This document shows positions 46,540-56,193 of a stretch of 64,000 nucleotides of DNA, piece by piece (position 1 is the first letter of the stretch; each line of letters starts with the position of its first letter). The notes under the pieces are model-generated. The model ran no database searches, was not told where the DNA came from, and saw only the letters and a list, made by a program, of their open reading frames with translations. A program made the translations under genes and the position numbers. Source of the stretch: a bacterium (GTDB lineage Bacteria > Patescibacteriota > Andersenbacteria > UBA10190 > CAIZMI01); contig JAUSJG010000008.1 in NCBI GenBank assembly GCA_030647555.1, forward strand, positions 193,467 through 257,466, written 5' to 3'.

Positions 46540-48249
46540 TTAAGGGTTACCCTTAAAGTACTTTCTCACCACGATATCTCCTTGATATCCAAACAGTTCC
46601 GAAAAACTTTTTTCCGATTCTAGTTTATATTCATCCGATACTGATAGTTTTGAACCTCCGAAACCGGTTGTGTCCACCGCCCAAATTACATCCGGTTTTT
46701 CTTGAAATATTTCGGGGCCGACAATATCATCTTTTGTTAGAATCGGTCCGCCACTGAAATGGGAAAGTTCGCCTGTTTCAGAATATAAACGCGGTGGCGT
46801 AATCTCCCCTTGCCCCGCTCTGATGAGCGAGGCTCGCCCAGATGGGCGGCCCTCTTTATTAAAGAAGGGAACGCTTGAGTGAAACAAGACCGAAAAATAG
46901 ACAAAACTGGAACTAACAAGGATTGGTTCGTTTTGATTGGCATTTTGTCGGAGATATTGTACGGCCGTGACTGTTCCGGGGTGATCTTGAAAATGCAGTG
47001 ATGTCCAGAATTGATTGACTGTATAAAAGCCATATCCGGCTATTATTAGCGCCACAACGGAACTAATATAAAACTTTTTTGGTAATAACGAAATACTGCG
47101 GGCAAGCAAGATAATTAATGGAATAGACGCAAAAACAAAGTAGCGGTCTTGGTAGATACTTGTTCCGCGTGATAGATACCACGCGCCAAGAAATGGAATA
47201 ATGAATGATGAAACAAGAAGCCAGTCGCCTTTTTTTCGACCAAATAATAGAGGAATAATTAATAATAAGGCAACCAAGACGGTGCAAATTATTGCGGTTT
47301 GATGAGAGAAATCACTTACTCCACCCAAGAGAAGGCGGGACATTGTGTTTGGAATCGACCAATCGTTCATCGGCGGAATCCAGTAGCTTTGTTGGACTTG
47401 GGCACGCTGTTTCAGGAAAGTTGTAAGCCAGGGCAGAAAAATGAGAACGGATAAAATCATACCGGATACTAATGACCATGTGTTGGCACTGCGAAGAGTC
47501 ACTAATGGTTTTTTAACAAGACGCAATATTAAATATCCGCCGATAAAAATAAAAATTCCCACGATGCTAAACAGGGCAAAGTAGTGGACATGAAATAACG
47601 CACCGATCAAAAGTCCTAAAATGATTCCGTCTCGCCAAATTTTTTTCGTCTCGGTTTGTTGTGCCGTCTTAATCATATATACCAACGCAAAACAGAGAAT
47701 TAGCGTACCGAGAGTGTACATTCTGGTTTCCCATGCGTATTGCACTTGAAAGGCGGAGACAGACGTTAAAAGGGCGCCAATAATCCCAACGCGTCTTGAG
47801 TTGAATAAAACTTTACCAGAAAAATAAACACCAAGGACTGTGGCGAAGGAAAGCAGTACGGAAAGAAGACGCAACCAAAATAAACTCACGTCTATTCCAA
47901 GTATGTGGAGAGGCGCGTTCCATAACCAAAGAATTAAGTAATAAAGAATCGGATGCACATCAGCGGCGGCGCGCTGTAAAAATTCCAGAAATGGGAATTG
48001 GATGAGACGCCACGAAAAGGCTTCGTCAAACCAAAGGGAACGGTCGGTGAGATGGGTAAGGCGGATAAGGAATGCAGACAGAAGAATGATGAACAGCGTG
48101 AAAGTAGTTATCAAGTTGTGCGCGTCGCGTTTCCCTCCCTTATTCAAGGGAGGGAGAGGGTGGGTTAGGAATGGGATCGCGCAAAACTTTCTTAATCCCT
48201 CCCAACCTCCCTTTGGTAAAGGGAGGAGACGACGCGACACCATTTTCAC
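46540..48249 (-). CDS. GT-C glycosyltransferase, ArnT/PMT-like, with a repeat-encoded N-terminus and a soluble C-terminal domain
   Basis: 'LWFDEAFSWRL' DE motif after TM1. GTG start. Residues about 3-43 are encoded by the composite repeat. Repeat G lies in-frame at 46825-46851. Confidence 0.6.
   Translation of the reverse strand: MKMVSRRLLPLPKGGWEGLRKFCAIPFLTHPLPPLNKGGKRDAHNLITTFTLFIILLSAFLIRLTHLTDRSLWFDEAFSWRLIQFPFLEFLQRAAADVHPILYYLILWLWNAPLHILGIDVSLFWLRLLSVLLSFATVLGVYFSGKVLFNSRRVGIIGALLTSVSAFQVQYAWETRMYTLGTLILCFALVYMIKTAQQTETKKIWRDGIILGLLIGALFHVHYFALFSIVGIFIFIGGYLILRLVKKPLVTLRSANTWSLVSGMILSVLIFLPWLTTFLKQRAQVQQSYWIPPMNDWSIPNTMSRLLLGGVSDFSHQTAIICTVLVALLLIIPLLFGRKKGDWLLVSSFIIPFLGAWYLSRGTSIYQDRYFVFASIPLIILLARSISLLPKKFYISSVVALIIAGYGFYTVNQFWTSLHFQDHPGTVTAVQYLRQNANQNEPILVSSSFVYFSVLFHSSVPFFNKEGRPSGRASLIRAGQGEITPPRLYSETGELSHFSGGPILTKDDIVGPEIFQEKPDVIWAVDTTGFGGSKLSVSDEYKLESEKSFSELFGYQGDIVVRKYFKGNP
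46825..46851. repeat. 25-nt GC-rich repeat G, in-frame copy inside the GT-C CDS
   Basis: GAGCGAGGCTCGCCCAGATGGGCGGCC. On the minus strand it encodes ...EGRPSGRASLIRAG... Confidence 0.8.
48121..48242. repeat. Composite hairpin repeat, short variant with terminal inverted repeats
   Basis: CGCGTCGCGTTTCCCTCCCTTATTCAAGGGAGGG...CTTAATCCCTCCCAACCTCCCTTTGGTAAAGGGAGGAGACGACGCGAC. Confidence 0.8.
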
Positions 48250-49841
48250 GGCTTTAATCCAAAAACAATCATTGTCGTTTCTTCGAACTGGTTTTTAGTA
48301 CGCATTAATTCTTTTATTTCCGGATGTTTGTTTATGTATCGCTCAGCGTCGGGCAGAGTGGATTGATTGAAGATTATTACATCACCTTGTTGAATGGTGG
48401 TTGTTTCACACTTTTCCGGTTTTAACAAAATATATGGGTAATTATATTTTGTCGTAAGAAAGTGAACGGTTTGTACAGAAAACTCGTCTAAAACCAGATA
48501 TGATCTTCCGGAATTGAGTTTCGCGCGTTGGTTAAGATAATTACTCACTGTTGTTAAATCACTGCGGTATTCGTACCAGTATTTTGGCAGGGAAGCAGAG
48601 ACGCCAAAATAGAGAAATAAATCATAAACACATGTTAGTGCCAAGAGAATCAATAATGCACCCATGGCAATTCTGCGAGCGTTGAGTGATGGTAATCTTT
48701 TTAGTCGATGAATAAACCATGCTCCACCGATTCCCGCGAGCCAAAAAACGACGGGGATTTCGCCAATTGAACGAAGACCATGGGGAATTCCTTCTGCTGT
48801 CGCGACGGCCGGTACCAGCATTATTGCTAACAACAAAAGCATAATAAAAAAGGCGAGAGTTTGTCCTGTGTGTCTTCCGCGAAGTAGGCGATGAAGGTAT
48901 TGAATAGAACGAATTAGTGCGATTATTATGCCGATTAAGCCAAAGACAGCGGGAATTGGTGACAGAAATGGATAACCGGGCACATTGTGACGAGGATTAA
49001 CATCACCGGCGGTGAAAAAAGCCAATATGCTTTTTTCCAGTACATCAGTTGCCGTACCGAGTAAGTTTCCTTTATTGATATCCGGATTAAGGATTGAAAC
49101 TTGCCCCGATCGACCGGCAAAAGACCCAGGGTGATTGTTGAAATATGCAAAAAGCGGGGTCATAGTAACGACCGCTGATAAAAATAGCGCAACTATTGCT
49201 CCGCGATACATTTTAAAGCCGAAAAGACGAGGTTTCCTAAGTAAACTTTGCAGTAGTAAGACAACGGCAACAATCACGATAACGCCCACGAATGCGCGAA
49301 AAGCGATATATGTGTACCAACCTAATCCAAAGGACACACCACAACCGATGGCTTGCCAAATTCGCGTCTTTGGATTTTTAGTTTGAAAAAGTCCCATAAA
49401 AAAATAAACCGTAAGGGCCATAAATAAAGGAATAGTGATCGCGCGAAAACCTGTTCTTGATAATGAAACATGCCACTGATTCGTGGCGATAAATAACCCG
49501 GCTAAAATTCCTACCAGATCGCCAAACATTCGCCGGCCCGCGGCATAGGTGAAATACACCGTCGCCGTTCCAACCAACGCCGAGGCAAAAAACATTGGCC
49601 AGACGCCGATGCCGAAAATGGCGATTAAGACAGCTTGCAGGTAGAAAAATAGCGCCTCGCGCCCGTTGCCACGTTCATAAAATGGCTGCAAGTGTCCATG
49701 GAGAATTGAAATCGCGTCCTCACCATTGGCAGCTTGATCGGGGAAAAGACCGCCCGGCATGGTGGTGATGTGCCAGAATCTGCCAAAAATCGCGAGCAAC
49801 AAAATTATTCCCACTAATATTTTTCTGTTTGCTGGTGTCAT
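48246..49841 (-). CDS. GT-C glycosyltransferase, ArnT/PMT (GT39/GT83-like) family
   Basis: 'GGLFPDQAANGEDAISIL' first-loop acidic motif and about 11 TM helices. Confidence 0.7.
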   Translation of the reverse strand: MTPANRKILVGIILLLAIFGRFWHITTMPGGLFPDQAANGEDAISILHGHLQPFYERGNGREALFFYLQAVLIAIFGIGVWPMFFASALVGTATVYFTYAAGRRMFGDLVGILAGLFIATNQWHVSLSRTGFRAITIPLFMALTVYFFMGLFQTKNPKTRIWQAIGCGVSFGLGWYTYIAFRAFVGVIVIVAVVLLLQSLLRKPRLFGFKMYRGAIVALFLSAVVTMTPLFAYFNNHPGSFAGRSGQVSILNPDINKGNLLGTATDVLEKSILAFFTAGDVNPRHNVPGYPFLSPIPAVFGLIGIIIALIRSIQYLHRLLRGRHTGQTLAFFIMLLLLAIMLVPAVATAEGIPHGLRSIGEIPVVFWLAGIGGAWFIHRLKRLPSLNARRIAMGALLILLALTCVYDLFLYFGVSASLPKYWYEYRSDLTTVSNYLNQRAKLNSGRSYLVLDEFSVQTVHFLTTKYNYPYILLKPEKCETTTIQQGDVIIFNQSTLPDAERYINKHPEIKELMRTKNQFEETTMIVFGLKP

Positions 49842-49945
49842 GTGTATATTATAGGACTTTCGCTAATGGTTGACAAAAATGGTAAAAAGGAATATAATTG
49901 TGTGTTCTTTCCCAACCCCAGGAGTCTTTTTAAAGGAGTGAAGGA

Positions 49946-50413
49946 ATGGTTGCAAATACAACCAAAAGAAAGACGACGGCTTCGAAAATTAGTGCGATTA
50001 AGGTTCGCGCCAACGATTTGTTCAATGCGATGGAACGCATTGCCAACAAGTTGTTCGACGACGACGAGCTGGAGGATACCTGCCGTCGCGTCGACATCGG
50101 CGACACGCAACTGTGGCTGAAACCGCCACCGATGCCCAACACGACGAATTTTTCGGTTCTTGTTACAACCGCAAAAATCGCAGGGTGGCGAATTACTAAG
50201 GAGTTGAAGGAGCGGATCAACTCCACATCCCTCGATTCTTCCTGGATTGCGTGGATTCTCGACGGTCTCGCGGGGATCGTTCAAGACCTGCAGGACAACA
50301 GGGCAACAGGTTTCGCCGCTACGTACAACGTCTGCTTTTATGAGACGGTCGTGGATGGCTACGAAACCGTCCTCGCACCGCTCTTGAAAAAGGCGGAAGA
50401 AGCCGGCTTGTAA
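49946..50413 (+). CDS. GC-rich (about 55% GC) hypothetical protein, 155 aa
   Basis: AAGGAGTGAAGGA SD. Followed by a terminator at 50445-50477. Composition is atypical. Confidence 0.35.
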   Translation: MVANTTKRKTTASKISAIKVRANDLFNAMERIANKLFDDDELEDTCRRVDIGDTQLWLKPPPMPNTTNFSVLVTTAKIAGWRITKELKERINSTSLDSSWIAWILDGLAGIVQDLQDNRATGFAATYNVCFYETVVDGYETVLAPLLKKAEEAGL

Positions 50414-50444
50414 GTAGTAAGTCGATTCGAGAAGCCGCGAGTCA

Positions 50445-50477
50445 ACCGGAAGCTAAACCTAGCCTCCGGTTTTTTTA
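50445..50477 (+). terminator. Rho-independent terminator (imperfect stem)
   Basis: AACCGGAAGC-TAAACCTAG-CCTCCGGTT followed by T7. Confidence 0.5.
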
Positions 50478-50573
50478 TTCCTCTAGACAAAAATTTCCCC
50501 CTATGCTATTTTCCAAGCAGTTAGTAGGGGGAGGAAATACTAACACAAAGACAATTTAAATAAGACATTTTAT

Positions 50574-51197
50574 ATGGCATCATTAGAACCCGAAACAATC
50601 GCTCTTTTAAGGCGTCGCTTAGAGGAGGCGGAACGTAATATACAACTTTGTAGGCAATTACTCGGCGGAACCGCCCCAGGGAGCGGGTCGGATGTTTCAT
50701 TACTCGTTTTTTCGTCATCGGCAAAGATGGACGCGATTGAAGTAGACGAAAATTTTGGAGGAAAAATTATTCACGGTGAGTTTGATGGCGAACACATGAA
50801 AGGCGAAGATGGTCAGTTGTATCCGGTTCCGGCCAACTATGCTTCAAAATCAAAATTGGTCGAAGGTGATAAACTTAAATTGGCTATCGAACAGGATGGC
50901 GCGTTTGTCTATAAACAGGTAGGACCAACTGATCGCATCCGTGTGCGCGGTGTTTTTGATATCAATGAACAAGGGCAGTATGTTGTAAAATCAGAAGATA
51001 AAGAATACCGCCTCCTGTTAGCATCCGTTACTTTTTATCACATTGACCGTGGCGATACCGTTACAATTTTGTTGCCGGCCGAAGGCAAAGCGGTTTGGGG
51101 TGCGGTGGAAAATGTTATCAAGGCCGGAAGTAAAAAAAGCGATGAAATAAGTGACGATGACGATGAAAAGGATGAAGAATTAGATGAAATTATCTAA
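50574..51197 (+). CDS. Hypothetical cytoplasmic protein with a poly-acidic C-terminal tail
   Basis: No recognisable motif. Tail 'SDDDDEKDEELDEII'. Overlaps the gtrA start. Confidence 0.4.
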   Translation: MASLEPETIALLRRRLEEAERNIQLCRQLLGGTAPGSGSDVSLLVFSSSAKMDAIEVDENFGGKIIHGEFDGEHMKGEDGQLYPVPANYASKSKLVEGDKLKLAIEQDGAFVYKQVGPTDRIRVRGVFDINEQGQYVVKSEDKEYRLLLASVTFYHIDRGDTVTILLPAEGKAVWGAVENVIKAGSKKSDEISDDDDEKDEELDEII

Positions 51198-51714
51198 CTT
51201 ACTAAAGATTTTTTTGTCTGGAGAGTTTATTCGGTTCGCCGTTGTCGGAGGAATCGGTTTTTGCGTGGACTTTGGCAGTTATTTGGTGATGACACGCATT
51301 CTCGGTTTGCGTTCAGTTTTTTGTTATGGCTTAGGTGAACAGCAATCATATTGGACGGCCCTGACGCAAAACGCCAGCGAAACGTGCAGTGTTTCGCATT
51401 TTCCGATCATTTTGGCCACGATGATCAGTGTCTTGTTGGCGATATTATCAAATTTTCTTTTCAATAAGTTTTGGACTTTCCGCAAGACTGCCGGAACGGG
51501 CGATGTGGCAAAACAAGGTTTAAGTTATTTTGGGTTAAATTTTGTAACTTATATTATGAATCAACTATTGGTTGGGTTTTTTGTTTCCGATTTTGGTCTG
51601 CTACGAGTTTTCCCAAACTACGTCGATGTGTCCGCGAAAGTCCTGGCCGTCGGTATTGTGCTTTTTTTCAATTTTTTCGGCTCAAAGTTTTTGGTGTTTC
51701 GGCGGGGGGAATAG
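51184..51714 (+). CDS. GtrA-family polyprenyl-phosphate-sugar flippase-like membrane protein
   Basis: 'FIRFAVVGGIGFCVDF' GtrA N-terminal signature and 4 TM segments. Confidence 0.65.
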   Translation: MKLSNLLKIFLSGEFIRFAVVGGIGFCVDFGSYLVMTRILGLRSVFCYGLGEQQSYWTALTQNASETCSVSHFPIILATMISVLLAILSNFLFNKFWTFRKTAGTGDVAKQGLSYFGLNFVTYIMNQLLVGFFVSDFGLLRVFPNYVDVSAKVLAVGIVLFFNFFGSKFLVFRRGE

Positions 51715-51772
51715 ATTTTACCTGCCGTAGAGACATTTGTCTGCGATAGAATTATTTTTGATATTCAGAACA

Positions 51773-51918
51773 ATGTATATGGTATTTTGTATATAGTATA
51801 TGGATTTATTGACCGAAGACATGAAACGAAATATTTTAAAAAAACTTTTATTGGTGCGGAATACTTGACGACAGATTCGCCTTCTAAATCAATATACTAC
51901 ATACCATATACAAAATAC
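51773..51918. repeat. Inverted pair of H repeats flanking about 80 bp upstream of dnaX
   Basis: CAATGTATATGGTATTTTGTATATAGTATATGG and its inverted partner AATATACTACATACCATATACAAAATAC. Confidence 0.6.
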
Positions 51919-51946
51919 TCGCCGGCAGTGTTACACTGGAATTTCA

Positions 51947-53647
51947 ATGGAAAATAACATCTCATCTCTAAACCAAGAGCGTACTCTTTATCGTAAGCAT
52001 CGACCCCAAGCATTGTCGGATGTCTCCGGTCAGCAACATATTTTGGCGGTTATTAAAAATGCTTTAAGTGGGGGGAAAATTACGCATGCCTATCTGTTTT
52101 CCGGCCCTCGTGGAACCGGTAAAACTACTATCGCGCGTATTATAGCGAAGCGACTTAATTGCCAAAACGCGCAAGGTTCGGATCCTTGCGGGCAATGTTC
52201 ACAATGTATTGCGTTTCAAAATAAAGCCTGCCTTGATCTGATAGAAATTGATGCTGCCAGTAATCGGGGTATCGACGAAATTCGCGCCCTAAAAGATCGG
52301 ATTAGCTTGGCGCCAACAGCGGGAAAATATAAAGTCTATATTATCGACGAAGTGCATATGCTTACCAAAGAAGCATTTAATGCATTACTTAAAACGCTGG
52401 AGGAACCGCCAAGTCACGCTATCTTCATTTTAGCCACGACGGAGTTGCACAAAGTTCCCGAGACAATCAAGTCGCGCTGTCAGACTTTTATTTTTCGCAG
52501 GGCTTCGGCAGAACAATTAATTGAACGCTTGAAAAAGATTTCCGGGATTGAAAATGTGGAGATTGAAGACAGTGTGTTGAGTTTAATCGCGAGTCATAGC
52601 GAGGGTTGTTTTCGCGACGCCGAAGGTTTGCTCGGACAAGTAATTTCAATGCAGAGCGGTAAAATTTCCATTGGCGATGTGGAAACTATGCTTGGCGTAA
52701 TTGGTTTTAAGGAAATTCAGAATTTTGTTGATAATATCTTGACCAGAAACGCGCAGGGTTCACTTCAGCAATTATTAAGAGTAATAGAGAGAGGCGCATC
52801 ATTGAGACGCTTCGCGGATGACATCACGCGTTATTTGCGAGCGGTGGCAACTTTTACCATCGCGCAAACTTCTAACGAGTCTTTTGATCCGGAGGTTATG
52901 GAAAAATTGCAAATTCACGCGAAAAGTTACACTTTGGATAGTTTTACAAAATTATTAAGATTATTTTTACGTGCCAAATCGGAAATGCGCGACGTAACAT
53001 ATGAAGAATTGCCATTAGAACTGGTGATTATGGAGTGGTGCGGGGAAGTGCAAAACACAACATCATTGATTACTAAAACACAAAGTGTTGTTTCTCAACA
53101 ACCAATTCAACAACCTGTCCAACCGTCGGTATTAGGAAAAATGGCTCAACCAATTATGAACGCGCCAATAATTGCTAGGGAATCTCCGGTACCTACAATC
53201 AATCGCTCACAGGACAAATTGGCGACAGATCAGCGAAATTCCATGGTGGAAAACCTAGAGTTATTTGAGAAGGTAATGGTGGTTTGGTCGCAATTTTTGG
53301 AAAAAACGAGGACATTAAATCCGCTTTTGCTTTCTACACTTGAGGCTTGTAAGCCAAGTATTGTAAGGGGAAATATGTTATATATGATTACCGAATTTAA
53401 TCTCTACAAGGAACGCGTGACAGATAATCAGGTGCGTGAGTCTCTTGAAGACTTGTTGGCAAGCCTGGTTGGTGAAAAAATTCTGATGCGTGTGGCGCTT
53501 AAGAGTGAGGCTGTGGGAATGCGTTTACCTGAACCAAAATCTGGTAGCACAGTAGTAGTTGCCTCCATTGAAAGTCCTATTGCGATAAATACAAACCCAA
53601 CAGCAGAAGCCCTGGCAGTATTAGGCGGGGAATTGGTGGGTGGGTAA
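51947..53647 (+). CDS. dnaX: DNA polymerase III τ/γ subunit
   Basis: 'YLFSGPRGTGKTTIARIIAK', Zn module 'CGQCSQC', and 'VYIIDEVHML'. Confidence 0.9.
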   Translation: MENNISSLNQERTLYRKHRPQALSDVSGQQHILAVIKNALSGGKITHAYLFSGPRGTGKTTIARIIAKRLNCQNAQGSDPCGQCSQCIAFQNKACLDLIEIDAASNRGIDEIRALKDRISLAPTAGKYKVYIIDEVHMLTKEAFNALLKTLEEPPSHAIFILATTELHKVPETIKSRCQTFIFRRASAEQLIERLKKISGIENVEIEDSVLSLIASHSEGCFRDAEGLLGQVISMQSGKISIGDVETMLGVIGFKEIQNFVDNILTRNAQGSLQQLLRVIERGASLRRFADDITRYLRAVATFTIAQTSNESFDPEVMEKLQIHAKSYTLDSFTKLLRLFLRAKSEMRDVTYEELPLELVIMEWCGEVQNTTSLITKTQSVVSQQPIQQPVQPSVLGKMAQPIMNAPIIARESPVPTINRSQDKLATDQRNSMVENLELFEKVMVVWSQFLEKTRTLNPLLLSTLEACKPSIVRGNMLYMITEFNLYKERVTDNQVRESLEDLLASLVGEKILMRVALKSEAVGMRLPEPKSGSTVVVASIESPIAINTNPTAEALAVLGGELVGG

Positions 53648-53652
53648 GAACG

Positions 53653-54336
53653 TTAATTACCGAGAAATTTTTTGGTTGATAATTCCGTCCAGATTGAAAT
53701 TTGTCGATTGAGCCAGGTACTTTTTTTAACAGTTAGCCGAATCAATCCAATATAGTTTGCGTCTTTATTGTGACGAAATACTGAATTATTGTTCTTAATT
53801 ACAACTAGTAAATCATTCGGTTGAATCTGTAGTTTTTGTGACCATTGTATTCGTGATAAATTTATATCAGCGGTTTTGTGGATATATAGACTATATATTA
53901 ATTCGGAGTCCTGTTTATTGGCATAGGTTTTCAACCATTGACGCATAATCATAATCGCCGATGGATCAGAGTTGCTGAATTGAACCCGCGCGGACACGTT
54001 CCATGGTTTTTGTTTTGATCCTTCGGCCCAATAAAGTGAAAGTCCGAAATTAAAGAATGGGTCAGAATATAGGTTGCTAAAATTTGCGGTGATTTCGTTT
54101 TTTAGTGAATTGGTTTTAGAAATTCTTTGATTTCTTTTTGCGAGTGCCCCCGCATTTTGACCGGCTTTACGTAGTGAATCCAGGCGTTTTTTTAATGGGG
54201 GCGCCAACTTGATTTTGCAAAGCCATGTAGAAAGAGTAGACTTTGTTACAGGAATTTGTTGAGCAATTTCACTATAGGAAAAACCTTGAAGTCGTAATTG
54301 TTCTGCCTCATGCCTTTCTTTAGTTTTAGATATCAT
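53653..54336 (-). CDS. Hypothetical protein with an N-terminal HTH and a degenerate LAGLIDADG-like segment
   Basis: 'GFSYSEIAQQIPVTKSTLSTWL' HTH and 'FNFGLSLYWAEGSK'. No confident family assignment. Confidence 0.35.
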   Translation of the reverse strand: MISKTKERHEAEQLRLQGFSYSEIAQQIPVTKSTLSTWLCKIKLAPPLKKRLDSLRKAGQNAGALAKRNQRISKTNSLKNEITANFSNLYSDPFFNFGLSLYWAEGSKQKPWNVSARVQFSNSDPSAIMIMRQWLKTYANKQDSELIYSLYIHKTADINLSRIQWSQKLQIQPNDLLVVIKNNNSVFRHNKDANYIGLIRLTVKKSTWLNRQISIWTELSTKKFLGN

Positions 54337-54415
54337 ATCAATTGGTGAGTTATTAGATGATATTGATTAGAACCAAGGTTAATAGTACCATAATAATAGA
54401 TTGATAGTTAGTTAA

Positions 54416-54489
54416 TCCGGGATCGTCTAACGGCAGGACGCCGCTCTTTGGAAGCGATAATCTTGGTTCGATTCCAAGTCCCGGAGCCA
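54416..54489 (+). tRNA. tRNA-Gln (anticodon UUG)
   Basis: Acceptor stem TCCGGGA/TCCCGGA, T-arm CTTGG-TTCGATT-CCAAG, anticodon loop CTTTGGA, discriminator G, and an encoded CCA. Confidence 0.8.
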
Positions 54490-54497
54490 AAAAATAT

Positions 54498-54524
54498 GGC
54501 CACCTTTAGGTGGCTGTATTTTTT
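54498..54524. terminator. Bidirectional terminator between the tRNA and the convergent methyltransferase gene
   Basis: GGCCACC-TTT-AGGTGGC, with T-runs on both strands. Confidence 0.6.
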
Positions 54525-54559
54525 GTGCGTTAGGGAAGCAACCACCTGCGTTGCTTGCT

Positions 54560-55309
54560 TTATGCGCCCATACCAATATTTTTCTTAATCCTTCCAAACG
54601 CGAATATCGCCGGTTTTAAAATTCCGGGAGCAAACTTTTGGTGAAAAACTCCTAAAAAATAAATAATTTTTGAAAATGAAAGATAGGATGGTTCAGCCTC
54701 ATAACCGTATGCAACTCCATCAATACCGTATTTTTTCATAATCTTTTTTAATTTTCGAATACTATTACATTTGTAAATAGTCGGAAAAACATCTTCCTCG
54801 GTTCTACTATTTTGGACAACAGAAGTTATGCGCGAATGGTACTTATTGGGGATTAACCTCGCGATTATTGCGACATAGCTCCATCGATTGGGCGTTCTTA
54901 CGCACAAATAACCGCCTTTTTTCAACACACGACGCACTTCCGAAAACAGCAAATCTGGATTTGAAATATGCTCCAAAACATTATCGCAGACGATTAGATC
55001 AACTGAATTGCTCTCAACCGGCCAGGAGTCACCCTTAATAAGACGGAACTCGTCTATAAACGGATTGTTTTGGGCTCGCTGATCAACATCAATCCCAATA
55101 ACTCGCGCAACTTTTCCTTTTAGAATTCTAAGATTCCGCCTGAATGGTACGACATCATCATTAAATTCACCTCTTCCGCAACCGACATCAAGAATTACAA
55201 AAGACGAATTAATAAGCGAATTGACTCTATTGAAGAAAGCGATTGTTCCATCAACATCCGTAAACCCGCCGAATTTTGATTCAGGATAGAATGTTTCTCT
55301 GTTATTCAT
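54560..55309 (-). CDS. Class I SAM-dependent methyltransferase
   Basis: 'ILDVGCGRGEF' motif I and 'LIVCDNVLEH'. Confidence 0.8.
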   Translation of the reverse strand: MNNRETFYPESKFGGFTDVDGTIAFFNRVNSLINSSFVILDVGCGRGEFNDDVVPFRRNLRILKGKVARVIGIDVDQRAQNNPFIDEFRLIKGDSWPVESNSVDLIVCDNVLEHISNPDLLFSEVRRVLKKGGYLCVRTPNRWSYVAIIARLIPNKYHSRITSVVQNSRTEEDVFPTIYKCNSIRKLKKIMKKYGIDGVAYGYEAEPSYLSFSKIIYFLGVFHQKFAPGILKPAIFAFGRIKKNIGMGA

Positions 55310-55326
55310 CTGAGTGTTTCAGTTTT

Positions 55327-56193
55327 CTAGCTTCCCTGGATTCCGAATTTTCGCCAGATAAAACGGAAGGAATAACCGGCCATAAAAATCAACACCAAAG
55401 CAACAATACTAACGTAAAGAATATCAAAAAACGATACTCTTCCGGTACCGAGCCAGGCCGTTCGTGCAAACGAGAGCGCGGTATTGAGCGGATTGTAGCG
55501 AATCAACGGATCCAATAGGATATTTAAGGGGTGGGGAAGTTTGTCGATAACTTCAATCGGGTAGAAAAACGGCGTCAGAAAAGTAAACGCCGAAATTATG
55601 TATGACAAAAACGGCGTAATGTTTTCCGTAGCCAATGAAGCGCCACCAAAAATTAATCCCACACATAAACCGATTAAAGTTACTAAAATAAACATGAGAA
55701 ATGCGAGTAAAAAACCGGCAAAAGTGGTAGGGTATATAACCCATAAGGCCAAAAGGAAGGCGAAAAAAGTGGGAGTATTTTTAACAATTTCTGATATTCC
55801 AAAACCAACAATAATCGCGGAGGTTTTTACCGGAGTAATAAATAAAAGCTCAACAGTACGCGACCACTTGTCTCTTTGAAATTTATCTTTAAAAACCGAG
55901 GTGCTGGCACGCCAAGTAGTGTGAAATATTATTCCTAAAGCCAAAAAAGGAATATATGTTTCCTTCGTTAAGCCGGGGATTGGAGAAATGGCGTTTTGAC
56001 CCACCGTTGCCACATAAACCGTAAGAATCGGGATAAGTCGGCCAAGCGGTGAGACGATGCTTTGAAAAATATAAGAGATCGCGAATCGTAAATCGATCTG
56101 TATTTCTTTGCGGGCGATCGCCAACGTCTCGCGGATAGTGTTATTTTGATAAAACATGTTTTTTGTGAAGGGTTGGACAATAATTTTTATCAC
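55327..56193 (-). CDS. ABC-2 type polysaccharide exporter permease (Wzm/TagG-like)
   Basis: Six TM segments. Translationally overlaps the ATPase gene. The true start is possibly an internal Met. Confidence 0.7.
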   Translation of the reverse strand: MIKIIVQPFTKNMFYQNNTIRETLAIARKEIQIDLRFAISYIFQSIVSPLGRLIPILTVYVATVGQNAISPIPGLTKETYIPFLALGIIFHTTWRASTSVFKDKFQRDKWSRTVELLFITPVKTSAIIVGFGISEIVKNTPTFFAFLLALWVIYPTTFAGFLLAFLMFILVTLIGLCVGLIFGGASLATENITPFLSYIISAFTFLTPFFYPIEVIDKLPHPLNILLDPLIRYNPLNTALSFARTAWLGTGRVSFFDILYVSIVALVLIFMAGYSFRFIWRKFGIQGS

